A DNA stretch of 64,000 bases, taken from NCBI GenBank assembly GCA_963815095.1, contig CAWFFH010000001.1, positions 1-64,000 on the forward strand, read 5' to 3'. Shown one piece after another: positions 1 through 10,013 of the stretch. Under the pieces are notes generated by a model. It did not search any database. It was not told the DNA's origin and saw only the letters and a list, made by a program, of their open reading frames with translations. The position numbers and the translations under genes are program-made. The number at the start of each line of letters is the position of its first letter. Positions within the stretch are counted from its first letter, which is position 1. Source of the stretch: Candidatus Bathyarchaeota archaeon. Its GTDB lineage: Archaea; Thermoproteota; Bathyarchaeia; Bathyarchaeales; Bathycorpusculaceae.

Positions 1-149
1 AAAAATTATACTGACAATTCTAAACAAATTCGTATTCATGCCTATTTAAGACTTACAATATTTAATTCATGACAACTTACTGATCTTTGGGAAAGAAAAA
101 CAGAGCCGAACATTAGCACAAAGAATTGTCTGAATTATTTTTTCTGAGA

Positions 150-620
150 TTAAGTTAGATCTTCTTCAACCTCTCTTTTGCTCTTTCCCCATACTTCACC
201 CGCGAAACTTGTTAGAGCCCAGTGCCATCCTCTCTGCTCAGCAACATGTTCTCCAAATTCATTCTCTAACTTTTTGTTCATCCGCAAAATTCTACGGCTA
301 ATTTGAAAACGCTGCACATTAAACCTCTCAAGCTTTGCGGCCAAGTCCTCGGGCAATAAGCCTGAACTACCTATTTCAAAAAGCAAACGCAAAATTTCCC
401 GGTCAACTTCATCTTCACAGATAACACGTTCGATTAGTGATTGCTCGAAATTGAAAGAGCCCTTCAAGCCAGCAAAAATTGTCCGCAGCATAAGCTTGAC
501 TTCTTCTACTTCGGCTAAGGTCTGTTTGAGGAGCTGCTGGTTATACTTCAATCGACCTATCTTATCGTTTTGGCTTCGCTTCTTTTTCTGATTTTGAACA
601 GGTTTTTCCGTTTCTTCCAT
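150..620 (-). CDS. Coiled-coil + winged-helix DNA-binding protein (mobile-element associated)
   Basis: ORF 150..659; likely start MEETEKP at 620. N-terminal coiled coil (QQLLKQTLAEVEEVK) and wHTH-like DREILRLL...LPEDLAAKL...FQISRRILRMN...GWHWALT. Confidence 0.6.
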   Translation of the reverse strand: MEETEKPVQNQKKKRSQNDKIGRLKYNQQLLKQTLAEVEEVKLMLRTIFAGLKGSFNFEQSLIERVICEDEVDREILRLLFEIGSSGLLPEDLAAKLERFNVQRFQISRRILRMNKKLENEFGEHVAEQRGWHWALTSFAGEVWGKSKREVEEDLT

Positions 621-720
621 GTCAGAATGCACACTCCAAGAATTCTTCTCCATTAACACTGGGCAAAATTAGCAGTGGGTAATCAGGACTAACTAATTGC
701 AGAAAAGTGACTTGTGAAAA

Positions 721-739
721 GCATGGACTTTTCCCATGC
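721..739. repeat. Short perfect inverted repeat GCATGG-N7-CCATGC
   Basis: Read directly; lies in the gap between the Rep-like gene and the downstream wHTH gene. Function unknown. Confidence 0.4.
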
Positions 740-823
740 CTACCGCATAGTGCTAAAATGGCTTTTGAACAAGTTTTTACTGCCATTAATGAGATTCTAA
801 ACTTTGGATTTTCTGATATCAGC

Positions 824-1777
824 CTAAGACACATATCTATTTCCTCCATCTGCTGAACCTTTAGCGACGTCTTGGGTGCCTTCAGGATCCACAAGCTTAC
901 CCAAAATATCCGCTACTCTTCCTAAATCACAGCCCATCTTCTCCAGCCGAGAAAGGCTTCCTGAAATCTTCTCTAAATCACAGAGCACATTGTCGAATTG
1001 GCCTTCAAGTTTTTTGACTCGCTCTGGCATTAGCAAGTATTCGACTGCAGCATCGCGCCCAAGGTGATCAAGCTCACCCTCATCTTCACCTGGACTATCA
1101 TCTATAACTCGTTTAGGAGTGCTCACTGCAAAGTAGCGGTTGAGCAGATTAGCAACAGGATCATCGACCCCTAACTCGTGGCGTTTGTTTATTTTGCCAT
1201 CACCTAAAACGCAGCCGTACTTGCTCATCAATCCTTTAGCGACTCGGTCAGCCAAGGTTTTAGCAGTCGTCACTAACTCCCCCGGACTGCGACCATACAA
1301 CGTTTCCACGTGGACAATCCAAGACGTCGTCGTATGCCTAACTTTTACGCCTTGCTCTAACCCCAAAAGAGCCGTCCAATTCTGCATCTCAATCCGCTTG
1401 AAATCTGCCGATGGATAAACACCCTCGCGTAAAACTGGGAATTTGAAAAAACATCGATGAAGGCGAAATACGCCGCTGCTGAAAAGTACTCCCTCACATG
1501 ATATGAGAAAGTTTTGACCTCGCTCCGTTAGCTCGTAATCTACAAAGTTGCTGCGCTTTAACCTGCGGATTAAGCCTGCCTTCTCCAGCTTCTTTACATA
1601 GTAATCAACGTGTTGTTTGCTCCATCCACGGACACGCCCAATCTTAGCAGGATACATCTTAACCTCAATGCCCTTAAGGATCGGAAGAACACGGGAGCGA
1701 ACAGTAGAGAAGTCAAATTTGACTTTGGACTTTGAAAGCGAAATATTTTGACTTCTATCCACAGGTTCCTTACTCAA
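824..1777 (-). CDS. N-terminal wHTH protein with uncharacterised C-terminal domain and coiled coil; possible replication protein of a plasmid/virus-like element
   Basis: ORF 824..1831; probable TTG start at 1777 after an AAGGTG SD-like motif. wHTH: YPAKIGRVRGWSKQHVDYYVKKLEKAGLI...YELTERG. Followed by RLHRCFFKFP, HELGVDDP and IDDSPGEDEGELDH motifs. Confidence 0.6.
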   Translation of the reverse strand: MSKEPVDRSQNISLSKSKVKFDFSTVRSRVLPILKGIEVKMYPAKIGRVRGWSKQHVDYYVKKLEKAGLIRRLKRSNFVDYELTERGQNFLISCEGVLFSSGVFRLHRCFFKFPVLREGVYPSADFKRIEMQNWTALLGLEQGVKVRHTTTSWIVHVETLYGRSPGELVTTAKTLADRVAKGLMSKYGCVLGDGKINKRHELGVDDPVANLLNRYFAVSTPKRVIDDSPGEDEGELDHLGRDAAVEYLLMPERVKKLEGQFDNVLCDLEKISGSLSRLEKMGCDLGRVADILGKLVDPEGTQDVAKGSADGGNRYVS

Positions 1778-1781
1778 AAAA

Positions 1782-1964
1782 TTAGCACCTTCTCGTTCTT
1801 GAGAACTTATCGCAAGCAGGTGAAGAAGCAAGTTGGTTAAGCGATTTCTTTCCCACTATTGTAGGTTCAATGCATCGTCCACACCAAAAGACGCAATCAC
1901 TGCAAAAGAAAACTTGGAGTGTTGCCATGGCGTTGGTTGGATAACCACAAACAACCCATTCCAT
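1782..1964 (-). CDS. Small Cys-rich (Zn-binding?) protein
   Basis: 60 aa with CSDCVFWCGRC...C; ATG directly follows the TAG of the upstream gene and has a GGAGG SD. Confidence 0.45.
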   Translation of the reverse strand: MEWVVCGYPTNAMATLQVFFCSDCVFWCGRCIEPTIVGKKSLNQLASSPACDKFSRTRRC

Positions 1965-2108
1965 CTATGGTGCCTCCATTTCGACTTGAAGCAAAGCTCT
2001 TTTGGTAATTTCTTCAAGCTCGTGGTAGTTAGCATCAAAATTAAGAGCCAAGCCAGCAAGGAAAATCCTCATCATAACAGCGGCAGCTTCAATCTGCTTC
2101 TGATTCAA
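1965..2108 (-). CDS. Small hypothetical protein, 47 aa (not in ORF track)
   Basis: Manual translation MNQKQIEAAAVMMRIFLAGLALNFDANYHELEEITKRALLQVEMEAP*; strong CAGGAGG SD before TTG; stop abuts the next ATG. Confidence 0.5.
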   Translation of the reverse strand: MNQKQIEAAAVMMRIFLAGLALNFDANYHELEEITKRALLQVEMEAP

Positions 2109-2157
2109 CCAAAAACCTCCTGAAGGCTACAGACAAAAAAGAAAAAAGTTTGTGCGC

Positions 2158-2295
2158 CTAAAAGTAGGAAAATCTCCTGGCGCATTCTCTGCATAAATAT
2201 CGCTGAATTTCTCCAGAAGGGAGATAGCGTACTCCATCTTTCCAATTCTTTGTGCTTCCACAATAGGGGCATTTGACAATGTTGTCGCTTTTCAT
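2158..2295 (-). CDS. Small zinc-ribbon protein, 45 aa (IS1 InsA-like ribbon; not in ORF track)
   Basis: Manual translation MKSDNIVKCPYCGSTKNWKDGVRYLPSGEIQRYLCRECARRFSYF*; CPxCGS...KDG...IQRYLCxxC pattern; GAAGGTG SD upstream. Confidence 0.7.
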   Translation of the reverse strand: MKSDNIVKCPYCGSTKNWKDGVRYLPSGEIQRYLCRECARRFSYF

Positions 2296-2420
2296 AATTT
2301 TCACCTTCTGCCAAATATTTTCCTATGAGACTCTCCCAAAAAGAAAAAGGGGAAGAGAACGCAGAGAAGTGAAGAAGACACATCGCCAATTCAGAAATGG
2401 AGTTCCATCGCCATCTATTG

Positions 2421-2445
2421 CTAGACCATGCTAGACGACGGCCCC
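2421..2445 (-). mobile_element. Putative att core: 5' fragment of a tRNA-Pro-like gene
   Basis: Minus strand GGGGCCGTCGTCTAGCATGGTCTAG resembles the acceptor stem and D-arm start of TACK tRNA-Pro, then stops. It lies about 90 nt downstream of the integrase stop; a partial repeat GGGGTGTCGTCTAG is at 2463-2476. Confidence 0.6.
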
Positions 2446-2531
2446 TTGTCCATAGTTTTTCCCTAGACGACACCCCTGTTTTTTTCAGAGTTGTGCCCAG
2501 GTTGCGACCGCATTGAGATTGTGACCGTTGT

Positions 2532-2966
2532 TTATTTAGCTTTTCTGAAATAGTGGACGCCTCCATCTTGACTGTTTAGCACTGGGTTGTAGCCTTTTGC
2601 CAGCAGCATTCTTATTCTGGGCTTGTCGTTGTCGTCTGCTTCTTGCACGTCATATTCTTGATTGTTACCGAAGTATTCGACGCTTAGTCTAGCGTATAGT
2701 CCTACATAGTTTAGTGACCTGTGGCCTAGCAGGTATTGAACGCTGTCAGAGTTGCCTTTGGTGTGTCTTTCGCAAGTTGCTCGCCAGTATCGGCAGGTAT
2801 AGAAGTGTATTTTGCGAAGTTCTTGGTTACCTGACTTTGCGATAGCTCGTTGACGCATTCTTCAGAATCCTTTTTCTGCGTACTGGTATTCTCCATAAGT
2901 GAAGATGGTTTTTCTTTTTCTGGGTACCTGCAAACTCTTTTTCCCCAAGATAGTTTTCTTCAACAT
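2532..2966 (-). pseudogene. Truncated tyrosine recombinase/integrase (C-terminal catalytic part)
   Basis: KIHFYTCRYWRAT (degenerate HxxR box), LLGHRSL, LY nucleophile region. The frame continues upstream through an in-frame TGA (2862-2864); the N-terminal part is absent. Confidence 0.8.
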
Positions 2967-3230
2967 TTGCCGCCTTCCCACTACCTGGAGTTTAAAAATT
3001 TAAGAAAATTCTGTCGCCGCCAATGCACACTGTTCCACACAAGCCTTCACAACGTACGTGTGCACAACAGACCCTCAGTACGCACGGTATCTAAAACGGA
3101 CATATCAACTCAAGATTTGTCCTTTAAATAATAATTTTTCCTTGCTTAGAATGCCCTTAGACGCTTGTTCAAAAGAATTTAGCATAGTCTTATTAATCTT
3201 GTACGTCCCAAGGGTGTTCGCGGTTATCTA

Positions 3231-3443
3231 TTGGATAGAAAAGAAGCGGTAGCACTGCTCAAGGAATTAAGCGATAATAAATTAGTTCAACCACTTATGG
3301 TTATTATTGAAAACAGACCAAACGATAAATACCAACTGAAAATCAAAGGCTCTTATGACGCTCAACAATTAGAGCATTTTCTTAAAGAGAGAGGGTTCTC
3401 ATATGAGGTCGCCCAAGATAGTTTAATTATTTTCAAAGCATAA
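3231..3443 (+). CDS. Small hypothetical protein (paralog of 5606..5881)
   Basis: MDRKEAVALLKEL...YQLKIK...LIIF resembles MKRQEAVSLLRKIL...YELHIK...LVIY. Confidence 0.6.
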   Translation: MDRKEAVALLKELSDNKLVQPLMVIIENRPNDKYQLKIKGSYDAQQLEHFLKERGFSYEVAQDSLIIFKA

Positions 3444-3756
3444 ATTGGTTTAATGATTTACATTGAAGTGTTTGCCACATTTTTGGCAGCTATACGAGCA
3501 CAAAGTGAAACACGAATTGGCCAATTTCTTTTCAGGAAAATTTACATTCTCATTACAGTTTGGACATAGAACCGTTAATATTACCAGCTTCTCCTGAACG
3601 ATTAAGCAGGATACTATATACAGGTATGTTGTCTCTATTTGGAACAATTTTTAACTGATTTTGTTTGAGATTACAAGCTTATTCTATTTCTATACTGGAT
3701 TCCTTAACAATGCCGAAGTCTCCGAGAAGTATTAGAGCTGTTTTATCGTTGACTTG

Positions 3757-4120
3757 TTAAATCACATTATTCATATTTGTTGAGTTGAGGAATTTGGCGA
3801 GATGCGCTTTTGGACGCAGCTCATAATAGTTAGTTATTCCGCCAGGTCTTTGTTTGACTTCTGTTTTCTTGATGAAAAGTTGTTCTTCCAAGTTTCTGAC
3901 TCTTCTATTGACTGTCGAATAACTGAACTTCTTCATAGTGTTGGCTTGGTTTACTTTTTTGCATATTTCCCTTGTCGTTTGCGGCTCTTTGTAGCTGAGC
4001 ACTAAAAATATGGCTAGGTTCAGTTTGGCTTCTACTCCTTTGAACACCTCAAGCTCTGCAACCTTATTTTTTCCCGTAGAAGTTGGTTTGTTTCGTTTGT
4101 TAGAAAGAAATTGTCTATCA
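3757..4120 (-). CDS. Winged-helix transcriptional regulator, possibly truncated by a premature stop
   Basis: 3' half of ORF 3757..4326: VFKGVEAKLNLAIFLVL...PQTTREICK...YSTVNRRVRNLEE...YYEL. Start uncertain; frame reads on about 25 codons after the TAA. Confidence 0.55.
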
Positions 4121-4604
4121 GCGGGTAACTTCGCATATCCTAAGAAAAAATTAGAAACACCCACAATCACTGCTTCAACTGCAGGTGTGGAATCTCCAAA
4201 ATTACCTAAACAATCACTAATTCCCAGATCCAGCGGGTCGAATAATAAAACGCAAGCAACCACAAGCGTTGCCAAAGCTACAGCAACAGTTGTTCCCTGG
4301 CACCCCATAGAATTTGAAGCAAGCAAGTAAGCAATAAAAGATTAACTGAAAAAATCCTTTTTTGAAGACAAGTTCAACAAAAATGCAGAAAAGACAGCCC
4401 TTTAGCAATAATATTACCACTTTGTTGTCACTTCAATGACTCACAGGCATAAAATAAAAACCATTTATTGTCGGAAAGCCGAGTTGGTTATGTGAAGCCC
4501 GTGAAGCCAAGTATCTGAAAACAGATATATTTCCTGTCCAGCTAAATCAAGAAAAGACAAGCAAAGTTTAATTGCTTAACGTCAATATAGAATGTTGATG
4601 TTTT

Positions 4605-5408
4605 ATGACGCTTTTTTTTACAAGACCAGAAGGTACTCTTGCTTATGATGACAGCGGTGGTTCGGGAGAATCAGTGCTTATGCTTCCAGGAATGGGTGAC
4701 CTCCGAGGTGAGTATCGTTACCTAGCGCCAAAGCTTATAGAAAAAGGCTACAGGGTAATCACAATGGATTTGCGTGGACAGGGAGAATCAAGTGTTCCTT
4801 GGGCTGAGTATAGCGTTCCAACCGTTGGGCAGGATATACTCGCCTTAGTTGATAATTTGAACATAAGTCCAGTGCACATTGTTGCTACTTCTTTTTCGCC
4901 TGCGCCAGCAGTATGGACAGCAATTCAACGTCCTTTAGCGATTAAGTCTTTGGTTTTGATAAGTGCTTTTTTACGTAACACAAAAATTAGTTTAGCTAAG
5001 CAACTGTCGATGGATATTCTGTTGCACGGTCCATGGAAGGTTTCCGCTTGGATTACCTATTACAAATCGCTATATCCAAACCGAAAACCAAGCGACTTTG
5101 ACGAATATTTAGCCAAATTAAAAGCCAATTTGAGAGAGAAGGGAAGATTTGAAGCAGCCATGGCTTTGGGTTCATCAACGAAGGAACAAATAGAAAATAG
5201 TTTAAACCTCGTGAAAAAGCCGACACTTGTAATAGTAGGAACGAAAGATTCTGATTGGCCCGATCCTGAAGCTGAGGCCAAGTTCATCGCTGATAAGCTG
5301 TCGGCTAAACTGCTGGTAGTAGAAGGCGCTGGGCATTATCCGCAAACGGAGATGCCAGAGAAAGTAACTCAAGTTATTTTAGATTTCTTAAAAGAATCTT
5401 CTCCCTAA
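4605..5408 (+). CDS. Alpha/beta hydrolase
   Basis: LPGMG, DLRGQGES, nucleophile elbow VATSFS, GTKD, GAGHYPQ. Confidence 0.9.
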   Translation: MTLFFTRPEGTLAYDDSGGSGESVLMLPGMGDLRGEYRYLAPKLIEKGYRVITMDLRGQGESSVPWAEYSVPTVGQDILALVDNLNISPVHIVATSFSPAPAVWTAIQRPLAIKSLVLISAFLRNTKISLAKQLSMDILLHGPWKVSAWITYYKSLYPNRKPSDFDEYLAKLKANLREKGRFEAAMALGSSTKEQIENSLNLVKKPTLVIVGTKDSDWPDPEAEAKFIADKLSAKLLVVEGAGHYPQTEMPEKVTQVILDFLKESSP

Positions 5409-5605
5409 CTCTTTCTGCAACAAGGAACAACGTTTGTTCGCTTTCCAAAGTTTATCATGGGCCTTCTGTTTTAGTAATTCATGAGGTTCTTTTGGGTTTG
5501 TCCTGAGATTGTTTCATAGACCGATTGAGTTGAGTAGCCTGCGAAGCTAAGCAAATTAGCTGCCGCCTTTAGCAAAAGAAAAAACTAAAAGGCAATCAAA
5601 GTGGC

Positions 5606-5881
5606 TCAAATAATTATGGTTAGGTTATTCAAAGTTTGCTTTGCAGTATATATTACCAAAAGTCCATCGTACTCTTTGAAGCTTATATTGGATTTGGTAA
5701 CAATTCCTTTTAAGACGTTGAATGCGTAGTCATCAATATTCCATTTTATATGTAGTTCATAACCGTCTGCATCAACGTTTGTTTTTGGATTAGGCTGTTC
5801 CAGAGAAACAAATGTGACATCAGTTGGATTGCAACAAATAAGAATTTTCCTTAAGAGTGAAACTGCTTCTTGCCTTTTCAT
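5606..5881 (-). CDS. Small hypothetical protein (paralog of 3231..3443)
   Basis: Shared N-terminal MxRxEAVxLL motif and overall pattern. Confidence 0.6.
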   Translation of the reverse strand: MKRQEAVSLLRKILICCNPTDVTFVSLEQPNPKTNVDADGYELHIKWNIDDYAFNVLKGIVTKSNISFKEYDGLLVIYTAKQTLNNLTIII

Positions 5882-6128
5882 CTTCTCACATGCGGTAATG
5901 TATCACTGACTTTTGCGTGGGTATAAACTTATGCCAAAATTGCAGAAAAGATTATAATTAGTCAGCTACAACACGAGAGTAGGCTTAAATCCCCGCCAAA
6001 AACTTATTTTGCACTAAGCCTTTCAGTCTCCTTAGTGCTCATGCGAAGCCTTCAAATGCCTTTCTATTGAATAAGAGAAGAATGTAAAAGTGAAAAATAA
6101 AATATACTACTTAAACAACAAAACAACT

Positions 6129-6400
6129 ATGGAAATCTAGTATTCACCCAAAGAAACCCTATTTTTAGAATTCAAACACACAAACAGTTACGGATGGCTA
6201 ACCAACATCCGCCTAATAATCGTGGAACATAAACCAGGCAAACTTGACGAAGGAAAACGCAAACTATCCCCTAAAAAAAATTCGAAAAAGCCCAAATAAA
6301 AAGCACAACCCTAACCGCATAATTCCAAACCGGAAATTCAACCCAATAGAGAAGTTACAGTAGAAAAACAGAAATTCAATTTATTCATCCATAAGTCTTC
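6129..6400 (+). pseudogene. Decayed gene remnant
   Basis: MEI*YSPKETLFLEFKHTNSYGWLTNIRLIIVEHKPG... with stops and a shift in an A-run; ends approximate. Confidence 0.3.
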
Positions 6401-6463
6401 ACAGTTTTTCAAGCAAAAATTTTAATTCAATACAATAATCATTATTCAAAACGAGGACAAGCA

Positions 6464-6848
6464 ATGTCTGAAACTTCAATCATAAAAAGGGTAGGTTCAG
6501 CAGAGGTAGTGAGCAAAAACGGCGAAGATTTATGGGTTCACATTAAGCTAAGTGGCAGCTCCAAATTTAGAGTGGTTACAGTGTTTTAGAGACCCTATTA
6601 GTTCCCAAGCCAGCAAATCACATCCGTCAAATGCCCGATTTACGTCCGCTGATTCGTTTGATTTTGAGTCAACAATGGGCGAGCTTAAAAATGATATTAA
6701 ATTGATGGATAAATACTTGGAGCAAGCCAACGCTGCCTGTATCGCCAAGAAAGCCAAAGAACTTGCGGAAAAAAAGCGAAAGGAAGAATTGGCAGATGCG
6801 AAGATTGATGAAATTAAGAAAATAAACGAATCTATCAAAGGTTTATAA
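6464..6848 (+). CDS. Hypothetical protein with C-terminal coiled coil, frameshifted in a T-run near 6585
   Basis: MSETSIIKRVGSAEVVSK...VVTVF joins RDPISSQASK of ORF 6552..6848 if one T is removed. Confidence 0.5.
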
Positions 6849-7080
6849 TCTCTTATTTTTGCGTAGGTAACTTAACATTTATTACTTTTTCTGGAAGTAT
6901 TTAGTTAAAATACATTTAGAAAGTTGGATTCACCAAAGAAATGAGTGAAATATTACATATGTGTTCACAGATGAAGAGGTCTCGACTTTCATGTTTAGTT
7001 ATTTAATTTAGAAATTTCTCTACATGCCGTTTATATCTGACTTAATTGTGAACTGAATATTTGAGAAGGATAACAACAAG

Positions 7081-8873
7081 TTGAAATCTCCCAGAGCTTC
7101 TCGCGAAGTTAGTTATTTTAGAAAATGGGTTCCAATCGCTCTTTTGATAGGTACCATTAGCGGCATTGGAAGTATCATGTTCTATGACGCCATCAATCTC
7201 TCAAGCACATATCTTCTAGGTAACGTCGGTGGGTTCTTTCCTCCATCCCCGATTGGAGAAGGCGGAAGCTTAGGCATACTCTCATCACATATTTACTTAA
7301 TCCCAGTGATAACTACGATTGGAGGACTTTTGAGTGGCATAATTGTATTTGGCTTAGCCCCAGAAGCTGAGGGTCATGGAACAGATGCAGCAATTGATGC
7401 TTTTCATAATAGAAAAGGCGAAATTCGGTCTAAGAATACCTTTAGTTAAACTTGTGGCGTCAGCAATTACACTTGGTTCCGGAGGAAGTGCAGGCAGAGA
7501 GGGTCCAACAGCTCAGATAGGTGCAGGCTTTGGTTCTTTTCTTGGCAGGAAACTTCATCTAAGTTTGAAAGATCGTAGAATTGCAGTTGCAGTGGGAATA
7601 GGCGCAGGAATCGGATCCATATTCAAGGCACCTTTTGGAGGAGCCATTCTCAGTGCTGAAATTCTTTACTTAGGCGATTTTGAAGTGGAAACACTGTTGC
7701 CTGCTTTCATAGCTTCAACAGTAGGATACAGCATATTCGCCTCCTTTACGGGTTGGACGCCCGTTTTCGGTAACATGAATCTCGGTGCTTTTGCTGACCC
7801 ACTTGATTTACCCTTCTATGCGGTCTTAGGCATACTTTGCGGTTTAGTAGGCATTGTCTACGTCAAAGGATTTTATGGCATACGGGATCTGTTTCAACGT
7901 CTAAGAATGCCACGGTTCCTAAAGCCCGCTTTAGGAGGATTGTTGGTTGGAATTATTGGGATGTTTCTTCCACAAGTGCTAGGCATGGGATATGGTTGGC
8001 TTCAGATAGCAATGACTGGTAACTTTGTCTTACTTCCTATAATTTTGATTCCAGTTATAGTCGTAGTCAAAATTGTTGCGACGTCTTTGACAGTTGGTTC
8101 CGGTGGAAGCGGAGGAGTTTTCGCTCCTGCCTTAGTGATAGGAGGATTTTTAGGCGCATCCCTTTGGATATTGTTGAATGGAATTTTTCCAAATTTTGTT
8201 CCAGTCATTGCCGCATTTATTATTGTGGGGATGATGGCGTTTTTCGGAGGCGTAGGCAAAGTGCCCGTTGCAGTCATACTTATGGTTAGTGAAATGACTG
8301 GGGGATTCACTCTATTGGTTCCTTCAATGATAGCCACAACAATAGCCTATATAATTACAGGAAAGATTACAATCTACAAAAGTCAGGTTCAATCAAGGGC
8401 TGAATCGCCAGCTCATAGAAGTGAATATTCCACTACTCTTCTGCAGAAACTCTTCGTCAAGGATGCAATGACCAAAAAAGTCATTACAATTTCCCCAAAT
8501 TCTAAAGTTTCAGAGGTTGCTGAGATCTTGTCAAAGAACGGAATAAAAGGAATGCCCGTTTTGGATAACAACGAGGCGACTCATAGGTTTGGTCACTCTT
8601 ACGGATGTTCTTCAACTTCACCCAGACCAGAGAACTAAGACTAAGGTGGATTCTATAATGACTAAAGAAATCATAACAGCGAATCCTGATGATACTCTTT
8701 ACACCGCATTTGATAAGATGACAAATAACCAGATTGGGCGCCTACCCATTGTCGAGAAAAGCAGCAACTCAAAGCTCATGGGCATAATTACGCGAGAAGA
8801 TGTGTGGCGAGTTTACAACATAGAAATAAGGTCAAAACTGGATGACGTGAAGTTATCAGGAAGCATCGAATAA
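7081..8873 (+). CDS. ClC family chloride channel/antiporter with C-terminal CBS pair (two apparent frameshifts, near 7430 and 8580)
   Basis: Three ORFs join into one ClC: EAEGHGTD, GSAGREGPT (gating Glu), GGVFAP, IYKSQV, then CBS domains (VKDAMTKKVITI...; IGRLPIVE...GIITREDV). Confidence 0.9.
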
Positions 8874-8986
8874 AAGTGGACAACGATGATTGTACAAAGT
8901 TATTCTCGAAACGGCATATGCGTATATTGCTAAATCACTGTCTGATGTTTACTCATAATGACCTATTTTGACGGAGTGACAACTGA

Positions 8987-9297
8987 ATGACTACATCAAT
9001 TGTTGAATGTCCCCACTGCCATTATAGGTTCAATTATGAGTTTATTCCTGGAGCTTCATTACCTCTATACGTCTTGGTCCAGTAAGAATATTCAAATGTC
9101 CAAACTGCAAAGAACTTCATAACTTCAGGAGATCTCATTTTGGGGCAGATTCATCGCTACCGACTCATGGCGACAACTCTGAAACATCCATTGGCGGCAA
9201 AGTACTGGGGTTGCTTCTCGGACCTTTAATTATTCTCGTAACAGCAGGGATTTTATTGCTGGTGAGTAAAAATAGAAAATTAAACGAGATAAAATAA
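8987..9297 (+). CDS. Small Zn-ribbon protein with C-terminal TM helix, frameshifted near 9060 (not in ORF track)
   Basis: Adding one T gives MTTSIVECPHCHYRFNYEFIPGASFTSIRLGPVRIFKCPNCKELH...VLGLLLGPLIILVTAGILLLVSKNRK; stop abuts the ATG at 9299. Confidence 0.6.
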
Positions 9298-9298
9298 A

Positions 9299-9853
9299 AT
9301 GTCTGTCGAGCAATTCACTGTTCAGCCTTCGTCGAGCTTGGGCTTAATTGCGCTGGTCGCCATAGTCGGAACCGGTTTAGCTCTTTTAGTATTGGCTATC
9401 GTAACTGGAAGACGAGCAAAGACAATTAGAAGCACTTTTGTTGCGTTGATTATCATATCAGTACTGATTATCGCAGGAGGGATTTGGCTGTTTTTTTCAA
9501 CTAATACCCCTTCAACAATTACGGTAGGGTCTGGTTATGTGAATATACAATCCCCAAGCATTGGAGGTGCTGGAAACCTGGAAATTACATCTACTCAGGT
9601 TATCTCTGCTTACATTGGGCAGATTGGCTCTGAAAACTTGACATTGTTAAAGCAACATGGAACAAACTATGATCATTTTAACGTAGGAATATTTACCCTT
9701 GGAAACGGGAAAACTGCCTTTGTTGTATCCAGCAACTCAACTGACCCTATATTTCAATCGGATAATGGAGAATTCGTTATACTTGGTACATCTAACACTT
9801 CTGCTCTTGCTGTGAGCTTTTCTCAATATGTTTATTCTTTAGATCTTTCTTGA
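9299..9853 (+). CDS. Membrane protein (2 TM) with beta-rich, possibly PH-like domain
   Basis: Two hydrophobic helices followed by KQHGTNYDHFNVGIFTLGNGKTAFV. Confidence 0.65.
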   Translation: MSVEQFTVQPSSSLGLIALVAIVGTGLALLVLAIVTGRRAKTIRSTFVALIIISVLIIAGGIWLFFSTNTPSTITVGSGYVNIQSPSIGGAGNLEITSTQVISAYIGQIGSENLTLLKQHGTNYDHFNVGIFTLGNGKTAFVVSSNSTDPIFQSDNGEFVILGTSNTSALAVSFSQYVYSLDLS

Positions 9854-10013
9854 TTATGGGACTTTTTCGAAGTAGAAAAGGCGAGGTCGTAGCTATATCT
9901 TCAACACGAGCCTGTTGTAGTGTTTGTGCAGTCACATAGCTATAAAACTAAAAAGGGATTAACAGCTAGTATTCCTCGTACTCACAAAAATGGTTACGGG
10001 CTAAATTGTTATT

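Noticed and set aside
2158-2295. IS1 element suggested by the InsA-like ribbon
   Set aside because: No DDE/InsB frame or terminal inverted repeats nearby; treated as a stand-alone Zn finger.
2105-2566. 153-aa ORF from the track
   Set aside because: It spans the att-like site and overlaps a better-supported Zn-ribbon gene in another frame; no recognisable motifs.
2862-2864. In-frame TGA in the integrase as selenocysteine or read-through
   Set aside because: The gene is also N-terminally truncated with a degenerate HxxR box; simple decay explains it.
7420-8600. Programmed ribosomal frameshifting in the ClC gene
   Set aside because: No canonical slippery heptamer or stimulatory structure seen; similar indels occur across unrelated genes.
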